Assembly (NCBI GenBank): GCA_045599985.1
Contig: JAZRWZ010000166.1
Coordinates: forward strand, 2,369-66,368
Source: Acutalibacteraceae bacterium
GTDB lineage: Bacteria; Bacillota; Clostridia; Oscillospirales; Acutalibacteraceae
DNA length: 64,000 nt
Direction of reading: 5' to 3'
Below the pieces are notes generated by a model that was not told the origin of the DNA, ran no database searches, and worked only from the letters and a program-made list of their open reading frames with translations. Positions within the stretch are counted from its first letter, which is position 1. Every line of letters begins with the position of its first letter. Made by a program: the position numbers and the translations under genes. Below, in pieces: positions 19,514-28,702 of this stretch.

Positions 19514-20881
19514 TTAATCTCTGTCGGCAAGGGGAACATAGCCGGCGGAGGGAACCACGCTCTTGTAGGCGGGGCGGATGATACGGCCGCCCGTGAGCAA
19601 TTCCTCTATGCGGTGGGCAGACCAGCCTGCCACGCGGGCCACGGTAAAGATGGGGGTAAACAAATCCTCGGGAATGTGAAGCATGCGGTAGATGAGGCCG
19701 GAGTACAGATCCACATTGGCGCACATGGCTTTATCGCTGCCCTTCACCTTGCGGAACACCTCGGGAGTCAGCCGCTCCACCATGTTGATAAGGTTGAAGT
19801 CCTCTTCAAAATCCGTGCCCTTCGCCACCTTTGCGGCGCGGTTTTTCAGGATGACGGCGCGGGGGTCGGAGAGGGTGTATACCGCGTGACCCATGCCGTA
19901 AATCAGGCCGGAGCCGTCACCGGCCTGGCGGCGGATAAGCTTGGCAAGGAAGTCGGCAACCTGCCCTTCATCGGCTGTGTTGGACACGCCCTCCTTGATG
20001 AAGTTAATCATTTCCGTGCTCTTAATATTGGCGCCGCCGTGACGGGGGCCCTTCAAAGCGCCGATGCCTGCGGCAATGGCGGAGTAAGTATCGGTTCCGC
20101 TGGAGGTCAAAACACGGTTGGCAAAGGTGGAGTTGTTGCCGCCGCCGTGCTCGGCATGAACCATCAGGCAGGTGTCTAACAGCAGAGCCTCGTCCTCGGT
20201 AAAGCGGCGGTCATCACGAATGGAGCTGAGCACCGCCTGTGCCGTGGTGTGGTTGGGGTCAATCTGGTGAATCACCATGCTTTCGTGGTCATAGTGGCGG
20301 CGTTTTACCTGATAGGCATAGGCCATGATGGCGGGCATTTTGGCAATAATCTGAATGCACTGGCGCATCACGTTCTCAACACTGATTTCATCGGGATTCT
20401 CGTCAAAGGAATACAGCGCCAGAATGGAACGGGCCATCTTGTTCATGATATTCGGCGAGGGGGCCTTCATAATCATGTCTTCAATAAAATCCTCGGGCAG
20501 CTCGCGGTACTTGGCAAGCAGGGCGGTGAACATGGCCAAATCCTCGCGGTCGGGCAAAGTGCCGAACAGCAGCAGCCACGCAATCTCCTCATACCCGTAG
20601 CGGTGCTCCGCCTCGCAGCCCGCCACCACCGAGGACATATCGATGCCGCGGAACTTCAGGCGGCCCTCACGGGGAACACGCTCGCCGTCATCGATGTAAT
20701 AACCCTCAACGTTGCACACGTTGGTCAGGCCCGCCATAACACCGGTGCCGTCTGCATTGCGCAGGCCGCGCTTGATGTTGTATTTCTCAAAATAGGACGG
20801 CTCGATGATGTTATATTTACGCACCTCGGCGCATAATCTTTCAATAGTGTCATCGGAAATATTCACGATTACGGAACTCAT
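19514..20881 (-). CDS. citrate synthase (Si-type family)
   Basis: HAEHGGGNNSTF, GPRHGGAN, GMGHAVY and NVDLYSG motifs. Confidence 0.92.
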   Translation of the reverse strand: MSSVIVNISDDTIERLCAEVRKYNIIEPSYFEKYNIKRGLRNADGTGVMAGLTNVCNVEGYYIDDGERVPREGRLKFRGIDMSSVVAGCEAEHRYGYEEIAWLLLFGTLPDREDLAMFTALLAKYRELPEDFIEDMIMKAPSPNIMNKMARSILALYSFDENPDEISVENVMRQCIQIIAKMPAIMAYAYQVKRRHYDHESMVIHQIDPNHTTAQAVLSSIRDDRRFTEDEALLLDTCLMVHAEHGGGNNSTFANRVLTSSGTDTYSAIAAGIGALKGPRHGGANIKSTEMINFIKEGVSNTADEGQVADFLAKLIRRQAGDGSGLIYGMGHAVYTLSDPRAVILKNRAAKVAKGTDFEEDFNLINMVERLTPEVFRKVKGSDKAMCANVDLYSGLIYRMLHIPEDLFTPIFTVARVAGWSAHRIEELLTGGRIIRPAYKSVVPSAGYVPLADRD

Positions 20882-20979
20882 TGGGGAATCCTCCTTTGCA
20901 GTTGGGGACAATCATCCATTATAATAAAAGTGATTATACACCTTATAAACAATAAAAGTCAAGAGAAAGGAGTGGTTCG

Positions 20980-21945
20980 GTGAAGGGCTATGCCTTGCTG
21001 GCAGGGGTGCTTGCCCTGGCCATGCTGATTCTTCCCGCAGCCGCCGTGCCCCGGGGTAACCCTGCCCCGACCGGGCAGCCCGAAAAGGAGGCAAGGGCGG
21101 AAACCATCGCCGTCATGGCCACCGCCACGGGCAAGGTGACCCGGATGGAAATGCGGGAATACCTGACGGGGGTGCTTGCCGCCGAGCTGTCGCCGGAGAC
21201 TCACCCGGAGGCGGTCAAGGCTCAGGCCGTGGCGGCCTACACCTATGCCTTATATGTGCGCAACCGCAACCGTCAGAAGCAGGACAGCTCCCTGCGGGGG
21301 GCGGATATCAGCGATTCCCCCGCCGCCTGTCAGGGCTATTTCACCCCCGAAAACCGAAAGGAAAAATGGGGCAGGGATTTTGAGGAGAACGAAAAGAAAT
21401 TTACGCAGGCGGTGGATGCGGTTTACGGCTGGGTCATCACCTATGAGGGCATGCCCATTCTGGCGGCTTACTTTGACACCTGTAACGGCCGCACCCAGGC
21501 CGCGAAAAACCTGTGGGGCGGCGGCTTCCCCTACCTGCAAAGCGTGGCAAGCCCCGGGGACCGGCTGAATCCCGCTTTGGTGGATGCCGCCACCTTCTCC
21601 TTTGCGGAATTCCGCACCGCAGCCGAAAAAACGGAGGGTGTGGTGCTGGGCGATGACCCGGAAGAGTGGGTGGAAAAGCCCGTGAACAATGAGGACGGCT
21701 ATGTAAAAAGCCTGACCGTGGGGGGCAAGACCTTCACGGGGGCCATGGCGCGCCGGGCCTTCGGCCTGAAAAGCACCGCCTTTACCGTTACGGTGAACGA
21801 CACCGGGGTGGTATTCCGCACGGAGGGCAGCGGCCACGGGGTGGGCATGAGCCAGTACGGCGCCGACTACATGGCGCGGCAGGGCAGCACATGGGAGGAG
21901 ATTCTGCAGCATTACTACACGGATATTGAGATTGAATACCCCTGA
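20980..21945 (+). CDS. spoIID: stage II sporulation protein D (lytic transglycosylase)
   Basis: YLTGVLAAE, EAVKAQAVAA, GHGVGMSQYGA and ILQHYY motifs; N-terminal signal anchor. Confidence 0.9.
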   Translation: MKGYALLAGVLALAMLILPAAAVPRGNPAPTGQPEKEARAETIAVMATATGKVTRMEMREYLTGVLAAELSPETHPEAVKAQAVAAYTYALYVRNRNRQKQDSSLRGADISDSPAACQGYFTPENRKEKWGRDFEENEKKFTQAVDAVYGWVITYEGMPILAAYFDTCNGRTQAAKNLWGGGFPYLQSVASPGDRLNPALVDAATFSFAEFRTAAEKTEGVVLGDDPEEWVEKPVNNEDGYVKSLTVGGKTFTGAMARRAFGLKSTAFTVTVNDTGVVFRTEGSGHGVGMSQYGADYMARQGSTWEEILQHYYTDIEIEYP

Positions 21946-22000
21946 TGCCGCCGGTGAAACCACAATTTTGCCGCAGATAATTCAAACCGTATAACGCAAA

Positions 22001-22036
22001 AAAGCGATGCTTCCCGTCACGGAAACATCGCTCTTT
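22001..22036. repeat. AAAGCGATG...CATCGC hairpin family, copy 1 (bidirectional terminator-like)
   Basis: AGCGATG-c-TTCC/GGAA-a-CATCGCT stem flanked by A- and T-runs. Confidence 0.75.
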
Positions 22037-22220
22037 TCATTTCTGTTCGGTTTGTTTTTTGCGGCGAAAGCGCTCGGGCACCTTCGCCCTGACCACATAG
22101 CCCAAAATCTGACCGGAAAGCACCACCGTGAGCAGGGAGTACAGCAGCCTCTGCCACGGCACATTTTTTGAGAGATAATTGCCTGAATATTTCCCGCCGG
22201 GGGGACTGAGATTGCTTCAT
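22037..22220 (-). pseudogene. small membrane-protein gene with an apparent 1-nt frameshift
   Basis: ATG overlaps the upstream stop (ATGA); removing one base gives 60 aa ending VPWQRLLYSLLTVVLSGQILGYVVRAKVPERFRRKKQTEQK, with the stop abutting the hairpin. Confidence 0.4.
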
Positions 22221-23164
22221 TCTTTGTTGTTTGCCTTACTCTGTATCAGTTTCTCTTTTTCCGCCCGTTTAAGCCTTTTTATCTGCACCTCTCGGCGCTG
22301 TGCCTCCTGTTTGGTGGCAAAGCATTCGCTGTAAACCAATGTAACGGGCTGACGGGAACGGGTATATCTGGCGCCGCCGGTGCCGTTGTGGGCGGCCATT
22401 CGCTTTTCCAGATTATCCGTCCACCCGGTGTAGTAGGTGTTATCGGCACACCGCACAATGTAGGTGTAGCAGGGCTTTTCGTTCAGGGCCGTCACATCCG
22501 TTACCGTGAGGACATCCCCCTGCACGGTAAAATGCACCTCCGTTTCGGCAAAAGGAAAGCCGTATACCCGCTCCGGGTCATGCTGATAGCCGGGGCGCGG
22601 GTCCTGAGAAAGCACGATTCGCAAAGCCTTACGCTTGGCGGCGGGCACCCGTTTTTCCAGCGCCTCGGGGAACACCACCTGCAGTGCCTTGCTCTCCAGC
22701 GGCGCGGCAAAGCCGCCCTCCGCCTCGGGATGAGCATCGGTATAGGGCAGATAAGGCTTGATATCCAGTATGGGGGTGCCGTCCATCAAATCGGCGCCGC
22801 CCACCCGCAGCACCGTGCCCCAACGGGCGGTTTTTTCAACCCCCAGCAGCTTCACGCAGGAAAGGCCGATGGGGTTGGGCCGGAAGGGGGAACGGGTGGC
22901 AAACACCCCCAGCCGCTCGTTGCCGCCAAGGCGGGGCGGGCGCACCGTGGGGGACCATTCCTCCCGCACATTTTCGGAGAATTCCCAAATCAGCCAAAGG
23001 TGGGTAAAGCCCTCTATGCCCCGCAGGGCATCGGGGTTGCGGTATTCCGGCTCAAACACCACGGTGGAGCACAGCTCCTCCGTAATGCCGCTTTGGCGGG
23101 GAATACCGAATTTGGAGGGGAAATCGCTTTTGATATGGGCAATCTGTTTGAGTGTGATATCCAT
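22217..23164 (-). CDS. trmO: TrmO (TsaA) tRNA m6t6A37 methyltransferase fused to a YazA/UPF0213-type GIY-YIG domain
   Basis: N-terminal GVFATRSPFRPNPIGLS, DLMDGTPILDIKPY and QDPRP motifs; C-terminal YTYIVRCADNTYYTGWT...HN..GARYT...EA..RE..IK; no stop at the junction. Confidence 0.85.
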   Translation of the reverse strand: MDITLKQIAHIKSDFPSKFGIPRQSGITEELCSTVVFEPEYRNPDALRGIEGFTHLWLIWEFSENVREEWSPTVRPPRLGGNERLGVFATRSPFRPNPIGLSCVKLLGVEKTARWGTVLRVGGADLMDGTPILDIKPYLPYTDAHPEAEGGFAAPLESKALQVVFPEALEKRVPAAKRKALRIVLSQDPRPGYQHDPERVYGFPFAETEVHFTVQGDVLTVTDVTALNEKPCYTYIVRCADNTYYTGWTDNLEKRMAAHNGTGGARYTRSRQPVTLVYSECFATKQEAQRREVQIKRLKRAEKEKLIQSKANNKE

Positions 23165-23308
23165 AAAACACATTCCGTTCGGGGTATGATTCCGCAAAAA
23201 TGCGGTGAAAAATCCTTTTTCAATAATAGCACACCGCCCCGGGAAAAGCAAATTTTCATAATTGCCCGCTCCGCGGGGAAAATAGAAATTGAAAGAGGTG
23301 ATAACAGC

Positions 23309-23512
23309 ATGAAATCGGATAAGAAAGCCGAAAACCCGGTTCCCACGCCGAGCGTTGAGGCGGAGCAGGGCAATCCCGAAACCGCTTTTGAGACGGTGAA
23401 CCGTTACGGCACCTACAATGTGCAGGCCACCGCCGATACGGAGAACCCCTTCCCCACCGTTGCGCAGGGCCGCGTAAAGAAGAGCCCGCGCCGCAAACGG
23501 GATGACTCCTGA
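23309..23512 (+). CDS. small hydrophilic hypothetical protein (67 aa)
   Basis: RBS GAAAGAGGTG, then MKSDKKAENP...VNRYGTYNVQATADTENPFPTVAQG... Confidence 0.6.
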   Translation: MKSDKKAENPVPTPSVEAEQGNPETAFETVNRYGTYNVQATADTENPFPTVAQGRVKKSPRRKRDDS

Positions 23513-23558
23513 CAAAAAATATTTCGGATTTTTTCGTGATTTTGTGAAATTGCGAGAA

Positions 23559-23587
23559 TTGACATCGGTTTGTTCCTATGTTATACT
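23559..23587 (+). promoter_or_regulatory. sigma-A promoter of the riboswitch-purC transcript
   Basis: TTGACA, 17 nt, TATACT with a TG extension. Confidence 0.75.
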
Positions 23588-23631
23588 TTTTTCGCAATGG
23601 AGGCAGTGCCCGCCGGCATGCCTTTGCCGTA

Positions 23632-23714
23632 TTCGCGTAACTGACGGATTCGTGGGCAACCACAGGGGAGCGCGAAACGTTAGCGGAATCACCCGCAGCC
23701 GACCGTCTGGGCAC
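23632..23714 (+). ncRNA. ZMP/ZTP riboswitch (pfl RNA motif)
   Basis: P1 TTCGCG/CGCGAA enclosing TAACTGACGGA and GTGG-GCAA-CCAC-AGGGGAG; linker; then the 3' GCCGACCGTCTGGGCA element; purine gene downstream. Confidence 0.88.
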
Positions 23715-23752
23715 ACTTTCTCCTCGGAGTAAAGTGCGCCTTTTTGATTTTT
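23710..23752 (+). terminator. riboswitch expression-platform terminator
   Basis: GCACACTTTCTCC-TC-GGAGTAAAGTGCGC hairpin plus CTTTTTGATTTTTT, overlapping the aptamer 3' end. Confidence 0.75.
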
Positions 23753-23768
23753 TAAAGGAGTGTTTATT

Positions 23769-24458
23769 ATGGAAAACAAACTCGTCTACACCGGCAAAAC
23801 CAAAAATGTTTACGCAATGGAAAACGGCAACTACCTGTTGAAGTTCAAGGATGACTGCACCGGTAAAGACGGTGTGTTTGATCCCGGTGAAAACTCCGTC
23901 GGCCTTACCATCGAGGGTGTGGGCGATGTTAACCTGCGCATGTCCATTTACTTTTTTGAGAAAATCAATGCCGCCGGCATCAAGACCCACTATGTAAACG
24001 CTTCTTTGGCCGACACCACCATGGAAGTGCTTCCCGGCAAGGTATTCGGCAAGGGCCTTGAGGTCATCTGCCGCTACAAGGCCGTGGGCAGCTTCTTCCG
24101 CCGCTACAGCGACTATGTGGAAGAGGGCGCAGACCTTCCCGCCTATGTGGAAATGACCTTCAAAAACGACGAAAAGGGCGATCCCCTCGTTACCAAGGAC
24201 GGCCTTGTTACTCTGGGCGTTATGACCGACGAGCAGTATGACGACATCAAGGTCATGACCCAGCAGATCACCAAAATCGTTGCCGACGACCTGAAAGAAA
24301 AGGGCCTTGTGCTTTACGACATCAAGTTTGAGTTCGGTTACGACGCAGACGGCAAGGTTATGCTGATTGACGAAATCGCCTCCGGCAACATGCGTGTTTA
24401 CAAGGACGGCCGGTACATCGATCCCATGACTCTCTCCAAGCTGTTCTTTGCCGAATAA
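23769..24458 (+). CDS. purC: SAICAR synthetase
   Basis: [30 protein letters not shown] and LIDEI motifs. Confidence 0.88.
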   Translation: MENKLVYTGKTKNVYAMENGNYLLKFKDDCTGKDGVFDPGENSVGLTIEGVGDVNLRMSIYFFEKINAAGIKTHYVNASLADTTMEVLPGKVFGKGLEVICRYKAVGSFFRRYSDYVEEGADLPAYVEMTFKNDEKGDPLVTKDGLVTLGVMTDEQYDDIKVMTQQITKIVADDLKEKGLVLYDIKFEFGYDADGKVMLIDEIASGNMRVYKDGRYIDPMTLSKLFFAE

Positions 24459-24495
24459 TCCCCAAAAGGACAAAACAGAATAATCCGATGATAAT

Positions 24496-24537
24496 AACTG
24501 CCGCAGCCTGAACCTCATCAGACTGCGGCAGTTTTTT
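24496..24537. terminator. bidirectional terminator
   Basis: AACTGCCGCAG...CTGCGGCAGTT stem plus T-run. Confidence 0.75.
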
Positions 24538-24544
24538 GTTTATC

Positions 24545-25867
24545 TTATTTTGCGGCGGTGACGGGAGCCGGGGTGAGGGCTGCCTGCTCTCTGGCGGAGG
24601 CGTAAACCACCTCCACATCCTTTTCAAAAAGGCCCGCGTCAACGGTGGGGAGCCATGAGGCGCCGGTCACGGTGTTGGCCTTGAAGCTCTCTTCATCCGC
24701 CTCCACGTTTACCCGCTCAACCCCCTCTATGACATCGCCGGATTTGTATGCCATGTTGAAAAAGGCGTGGTGGTCAATGCGTGTTACCGATTTTGGCACA
24801 AACATGTAGGTCAGGCCTCTGTCGTAGGTAAAGGCATCGGAGCCGATTGCCTCCAGCCCGTCGGGCAGGGAAGCATAGGTTTTCAGCTTACCGGCAACAT
24901 TCCCGTATACCGTGTCGGCCACTGCCTCGGAGGCTGTGTAGGAATAAATCTCCTTAAGCTTTTCCGCCTTGAAAAAGCCGAGGGTACCGATGGTTTTCAG
25001 GCCCTGAGGCAGGAATACCCGCTCCACATCGCTGTAAGCGAAGGCCAGCTTGCCGATTTGGGTTACCGTGGAGGGTACCACATAGTCCCCTGCCGCGGCG
25101 CGGTAGTCACGGATGAATGCGGCGTAATCCGCTTTGCCCGTAAGGGTGTCGAATTTTTTCACCAGTGCCGCGTCATCCCCGGTGAGCTTTGCCATATCCT
25201 CGCCCTCGTCCAGACAGCGGCCTATGAGCTTGACGGCATCGCAGAAATCGTCGTTGGTTATGCTGCCGTTTTCGGGGAAATCAAGGGTATACCCCGCCTG
25301 CCTTGTCAGGTAAAGGTTGTGGGCACTGGGGTAATAGATGATTTCCGTAAGCGCCTTGTTGTAAAGCACACCGTCAATGTCGCAGTAGTAGGGATTTTCG
25401 TCATCCACAAACACGGTTTCAAGGCTCCAGCAGCTGTAAAAGCTTTTGCCGTCAATGGTTTCCACATCCCGCCCCACGGTGATGCTTTTGATTTTTTCAT
25501 CGCAGTTGAAGGCGTATTCCCGGATGGCGGTAATGGGCTTGGTCTTATCCCCGTCCACAAAATCCACGGTAACCTCCGTGACGGAGCCGGGGTTGGAGTA
25601 TTTCACGAATTCATAGCCGTTCTCCAGCTTGTCATAGGAGAATTCGTCATTGCGAAGGGCATAGATGCTGAAGAGCAGGGAGAGAATCACCGCAATCACA
25701 AGAAAAACCACAATGCTGATTTTGGTTTTCAGCTTGATGCTTTTATCCACGATTCTCGGCTTCTGAAGGCCTTCTATCTGGTAAGTCCAGATTTCGTCAT
25801 CCTTGATTTCAAGGGGCGGCTCTTTTGCCAGCGCCTCGCGCATTTTATCCGTTTTGGTTTTACGCAT
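24545..25867 (-). CDS. membrane-anchored BspA-type leucine-rich repeat protein
   Basis: One TM near the N-terminus; repeats such as ITAIREYAF, VTQIGKLAFAYS, LKTIGTLGF and LEAIGSDAF; overlaps the MFS stop. Confidence 0.75.
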   Translation of the reverse strand: MRKTKTDKMREALAKEPPLEIKDDEIWTYQIEGLQKPRIVDKSIKLKTKISIVVFLVIAVILSLLFSIYALRNDEFSYDKLENGYEFVKYSNPGSVTEVTVDFVDGDKTKPITAIREYAFNCDEKIKSITVGRDVETIDGKSFYSCWSLETVFVDDENPYYCDIDGVLYNKALTEIIYYPSAHNLYLTRQAGYTLDFPENGSITNDDFCDAVKLIGRCLDEGEDMAKLTGDDAALVKKFDTLTGKADYAAFIRDYRAAAGDYVVPSTVTQIGKLAFAYSDVERVFLPQGLKTIGTLGFFKAEKLKEIYSYTASEAVADTVYGNVAGKLKTYASLPDGLEAIGSDAFTYDRGLTYMFVPKSVTRIDHHAFFNMAYKSGDVIEGVERVNVEADEESFKANTVTGASWLPTVDAGLFEKDVEVVYASAREQAALTPAPVTAAK

Positions 25868-27623
25868 CTTCAGCCACCTCGCTTTCATTCTTCTCTTCTT
25901 CCGCTTTTGCTTTGGTTACCTCTTCACGGCGCTTGAGCACCTGAATGACCTTGCTCTGCTTGCTGTCGTCATAGTTCCAGAACAGGTAGGGAATGGTCAT
26001 GAGCAGGTAGCCCACAATATCGATGATAATGGGAACAACAATGATTTTGATTCGGGATTCGTCAATGAAAAGCACATCCCAGTTGCTGTTAAAACCGTAT
26101 TTGAGCAGCAGCACGGGAATAATCAGGCCCACAAAGTTGGTGATGGGGCCGGTGAACCAACTGAAAACACCCGAGAAGCTCTCCAGTCTTTCGCCGGAGA
26201 GGTACATCTGGTAGTCATTTATCTGCACCTGCATATCGCTGTTGATGGATTTGGGCACGGTGGAGCACACCTGCTCAAACATCAGCGCCACAATGCTCAC
26301 GGTGCCGCACAGCACAAGATTATCGCCGAAGAAGATGTAATTGAGCACAATGATGATATTGGTGACCGCCCGCACAAGCTGATAAAAAATCATGACCTGA
26401 CGGTAGGAAAAATGCTTTCTGAAAAACGGGGTGAAGAAATCCGGCGGCGTGCCGCAGAAGGATACCAGCGTGACCAGCAGGCTGTAAATCAGGCCGCTCA
26501 AACGGAAGGTATACAGATACAGAATGGTGGTGAAGGCCAGCATGCCGTTACCCAAAGAATCCAGCAGGGTAACGATGTTGTTGATCCATTTGTATTTGTT
26601 GTACAGCACCCCGGACATGCCGTCCCAGAAGCTGATGTTGACCTTTTTCTCAATGGGCGGCTGAGGAATTCGCTCCTGCACCCGCCGTGCCAGAAACAGG
26701 GTGAGCCCTGCGAAGAACATGAAGGTGAAGGGAATCACATATTTGAACACCGCAATATCCGCCCACTCGTCACGGCAGAAGCCGATGAACACGGGAATGA
26801 GGGCATCCACAATGTTCCACACAAAATGCGACAGCTTGATGGGGAAGGTTCTGACCCATATTCTCTCCTGCGGGTCGGGGCTTACATTCTGTGCGCAGGT
26901 TTCCAGCTGATTGTTGAAGGTGTAGACGTTATAGATGCTGAAAAGCAGGTTGGCCACCCACACACGGGCCGTTACATCCCCGATGGTTTTGTAGAACGGA
27001 AGCCAGCCGATAAGGAATACCATAACGGTTTTGGGCAGAAAATCGCTGTAAAGCGAATATTTGTATCTGCCGAATTTGGGAATCAGCTTTTTGCGCCAGA
27101 ACAGATTGCGCGCACCACCGTAACCGTTGCAGAGAATGTAGGTGCCCAGAATCTTGATGGCGGAGGCGGTGTTGATGCCGTCCAGCGAGTTGATGTAGCC
27201 CACAATCCGGTTTTGCGGATTCAGGAAAGGCCCAAAATCGAAAATCACCAGAAACAGACCGACCAGGGCCGCCAAAAAGTAGGTGGCATAGATTTTTCGC
27301 TCCACATTCTTTTTGAGGAAGCCCAGGTTATCGTTCACCACCCAGCTGATGAGGTTGAATATGTACCCCAAGGGCATGTTGATGATGGTGATGATGGAAA
27401 AGGCGAGATAGGGCAGCTTGTAGTGGTACATGATCAGGTAGCAGCTGGCGGCAAAGGCGATGAACTTGGAAATGATCATGGCGGAGGAGTAGTTCGAGCC
27501 GATGCCGATGGTGATATCCAGATACTCCCTGAATGATACATACTTGCCCTCGGGCGGGGTTTTCCAATGCGTTTTGAAATTGTTCAGACCGTTTTTGATT
27601 TTTGCTGTGTTGACCTTGCTCAC
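25860..27623 (-). CDS. MFS transporter, GPH/MFS_2-like
   Basis: About 12 TM; KFGRYK loop; DYQMYLSGERLES motif; GTG start after AGGATG. Confidence 0.75.
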   Translation of the reverse strand: MSKVNTAKIKNGLNNFKTHWKTPPEGKYVSFREYLDITIGIGSNYSSAMIISKFIAFAASCYLIMYHYKLPYLAFSIITIINMPLGYIFNLISWVVNDNLGFLKKNVERKIYATYFLAALVGLFLVIFDFGPFLNPQNRIVGYINSLDGINTASAIKILGTYILCNGYGGARNLFWRKKLIPKFGRYKYSLYSDFLPKTVMVFLIGWLPFYKTIGDVTARVWVANLLFSIYNVYTFNNQLETCAQNVSPDPQERIWVRTFPIKLSHFVWNIVDALIPVFIGFCRDEWADIAVFKYVIPFTFMFFAGLTLFLARRVQERIPQPPIEKKVNISFWDGMSGVLYNKYKWINNIVTLLDSLGNGMLAFTTILYLYTFRLSGLIYSLLVTLVSFCGTPPDFFTPFFRKHFSYRQVMIFYQLVRAVTNIIIVLNYIFFGDNLVLCGTVSIVALMFEQVCSTVPKSINSDMQVQINDYQMYLSGERLESFSGVFSWFTGPITNFVGLIIPVLLLKYGFNSNWDVLFIDESRIKIIVVPIIIDIVGYLLMTIPYLFWNYDDSKQSKVIQVLKRREEVTKAKAEEEKNESEVAEDA

Positions 27624-27666
27624 GCTATCACATCCTGTCTGATTTATTGTTATCCCGTTTTGCTTT

Positions 27667-27695
27667 GGCAAAAGGGATTCAAACCCAATATGGTT
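27667..27695. repeat. diverged copy of the 32-bp element
   Basis: GGCAAAAGGGATTCAAACCCAATATG matches 44534-44559 at 23 of 26 positions. Confidence 0.6.
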
Positions 27696-27714
27696 TTAGT
27701 GCCATATTTTTGCC

Positions 27715-28677
27715 TTATCGGGACAGAGCTCCGTTCCGAATGGCCTCAATGATTCTGCGGCACACTTTGAAGTTGTTTGCCATGGCGGCGGCAAAGATAT
27801 CGGCGGTTTCCTCCTCGTTCTCCGCAATGCGGGTCTCCCGGCCGGGGGCCCACAGGCTTTCGGGGGTGGCGCCGTTCATGAATACCGTCATGTTCACGCT
27901 GTCACGCACCACAATCAGCCGGTCAAGCAGGCCGAATCGGTCCGCCGCCGCGGCAAGGGCGTGGTCCTCCATTTCGGAGCAGACCAGAGGGTCCGGGCAG
28001 CCGTAATAAGCCACGGCCTTTTCGGCGTTTGCCCCCATGAAAGCACCCTTCCAGTAGTTGTCGCCCGTGGCAACCGTGCCCTTCTGCACAACCGGGTCAC
28101 GGGTGGCCCAGGGGGCGTTCCCGAAGGTTTTTGCCATGAATGCTTTGGTTTTGGGGGTGGATTCCAACGGGGTATCCTTTACCAATGCAAAAAGCTTTTC
28201 GCAAAGGGCTCCGCTCAGCAGACGAACCCCGTCCCTGCCGAATTCGGGCTCATAAAACCATGTGGTTTCGCAGGGCACCGTCAAATCACGGTAATCCGCC
28301 GTGTGCCCCAAATCAAAATCCACGGTGGCGGTAATCAGAAATACATCCCCCATCACCGTTTTTTCGGGCAGGGAGCCTGCACAGCCCGTGCTGATGATGT
28401 AAGCCTTTGAAAAATCAAAGCGGGGGTCGCACAGCAGGGCGGTAAGGGTCACCGCCGCATTCACCTTGCCCTCCCCTGCGGCCATCATGGCAAGGCCGTC
28501 TTTATAGAGAAGGGGCGTGGGGCAGCCGGGCACGGCGAAGCGCAGGGCATCGGTAAAGAAGGCACGGTAAAACAGCTCACCCTCATCCGGTTGGCCGTCT
28601 CCCCATGTGCCCACGGTAAATTTCGGTAAAATCAGCGCCTTTACGGGCAGCGGCGCCTTGTCGGCAAAATCCGGCAT
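27715..28677 (-). CDS. NUP (purine nucleoside permease-like / PNP-fold) family protein
   Basis: LILPKF, GKVNAA, RFDFSKAYII.TGCAG, GDNYW and EMED motifs; hydrophilic. Confidence 0.65.
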   Translation of the reverse strand: MPDFADKAPLPVKALILPKFTVGTWGDGQPDEGELFYRAFFTDALRFAVPGCPTPLLYKDGLAMMAAGEGKVNAAVTLTALLCDPRFDFSKAYIISTGCAGSLPEKTVMGDVFLITATVDFDLGHTADYRDLTVPCETTWFYEPEFGRDGVRLLSGALCEKLFALVKDTPLESTPKTKAFMAKTFGNAPWATRDPVVQKGTVATGDNYWKGAFMGANAEKAVAYYGCPDPLVCSEMEDHALAAAADRFGLLDRLIVVRDSVNMTVFMNGATPESLWAPGRETRIAENEEETADIFAAAMANNFKVCRRIIEAIRNGALSR

Positions 28678-28702
28678 TTTGTTTTCTCCCTTCGCAGGTT
28701 TA

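Noticed and set aside
19514-20881. Citrate synthase in an anaerobe as an oddity
   Set aside because: Commonly used for glutamate precursor synthesis in Clostridia; ordinary.
23165-23515. N-terminal extension of the trmO ORF
   Set aside because: Spans the promoter region and is antisense to the small gene at 23309; the TrmO fold begins at MDITLKQ.
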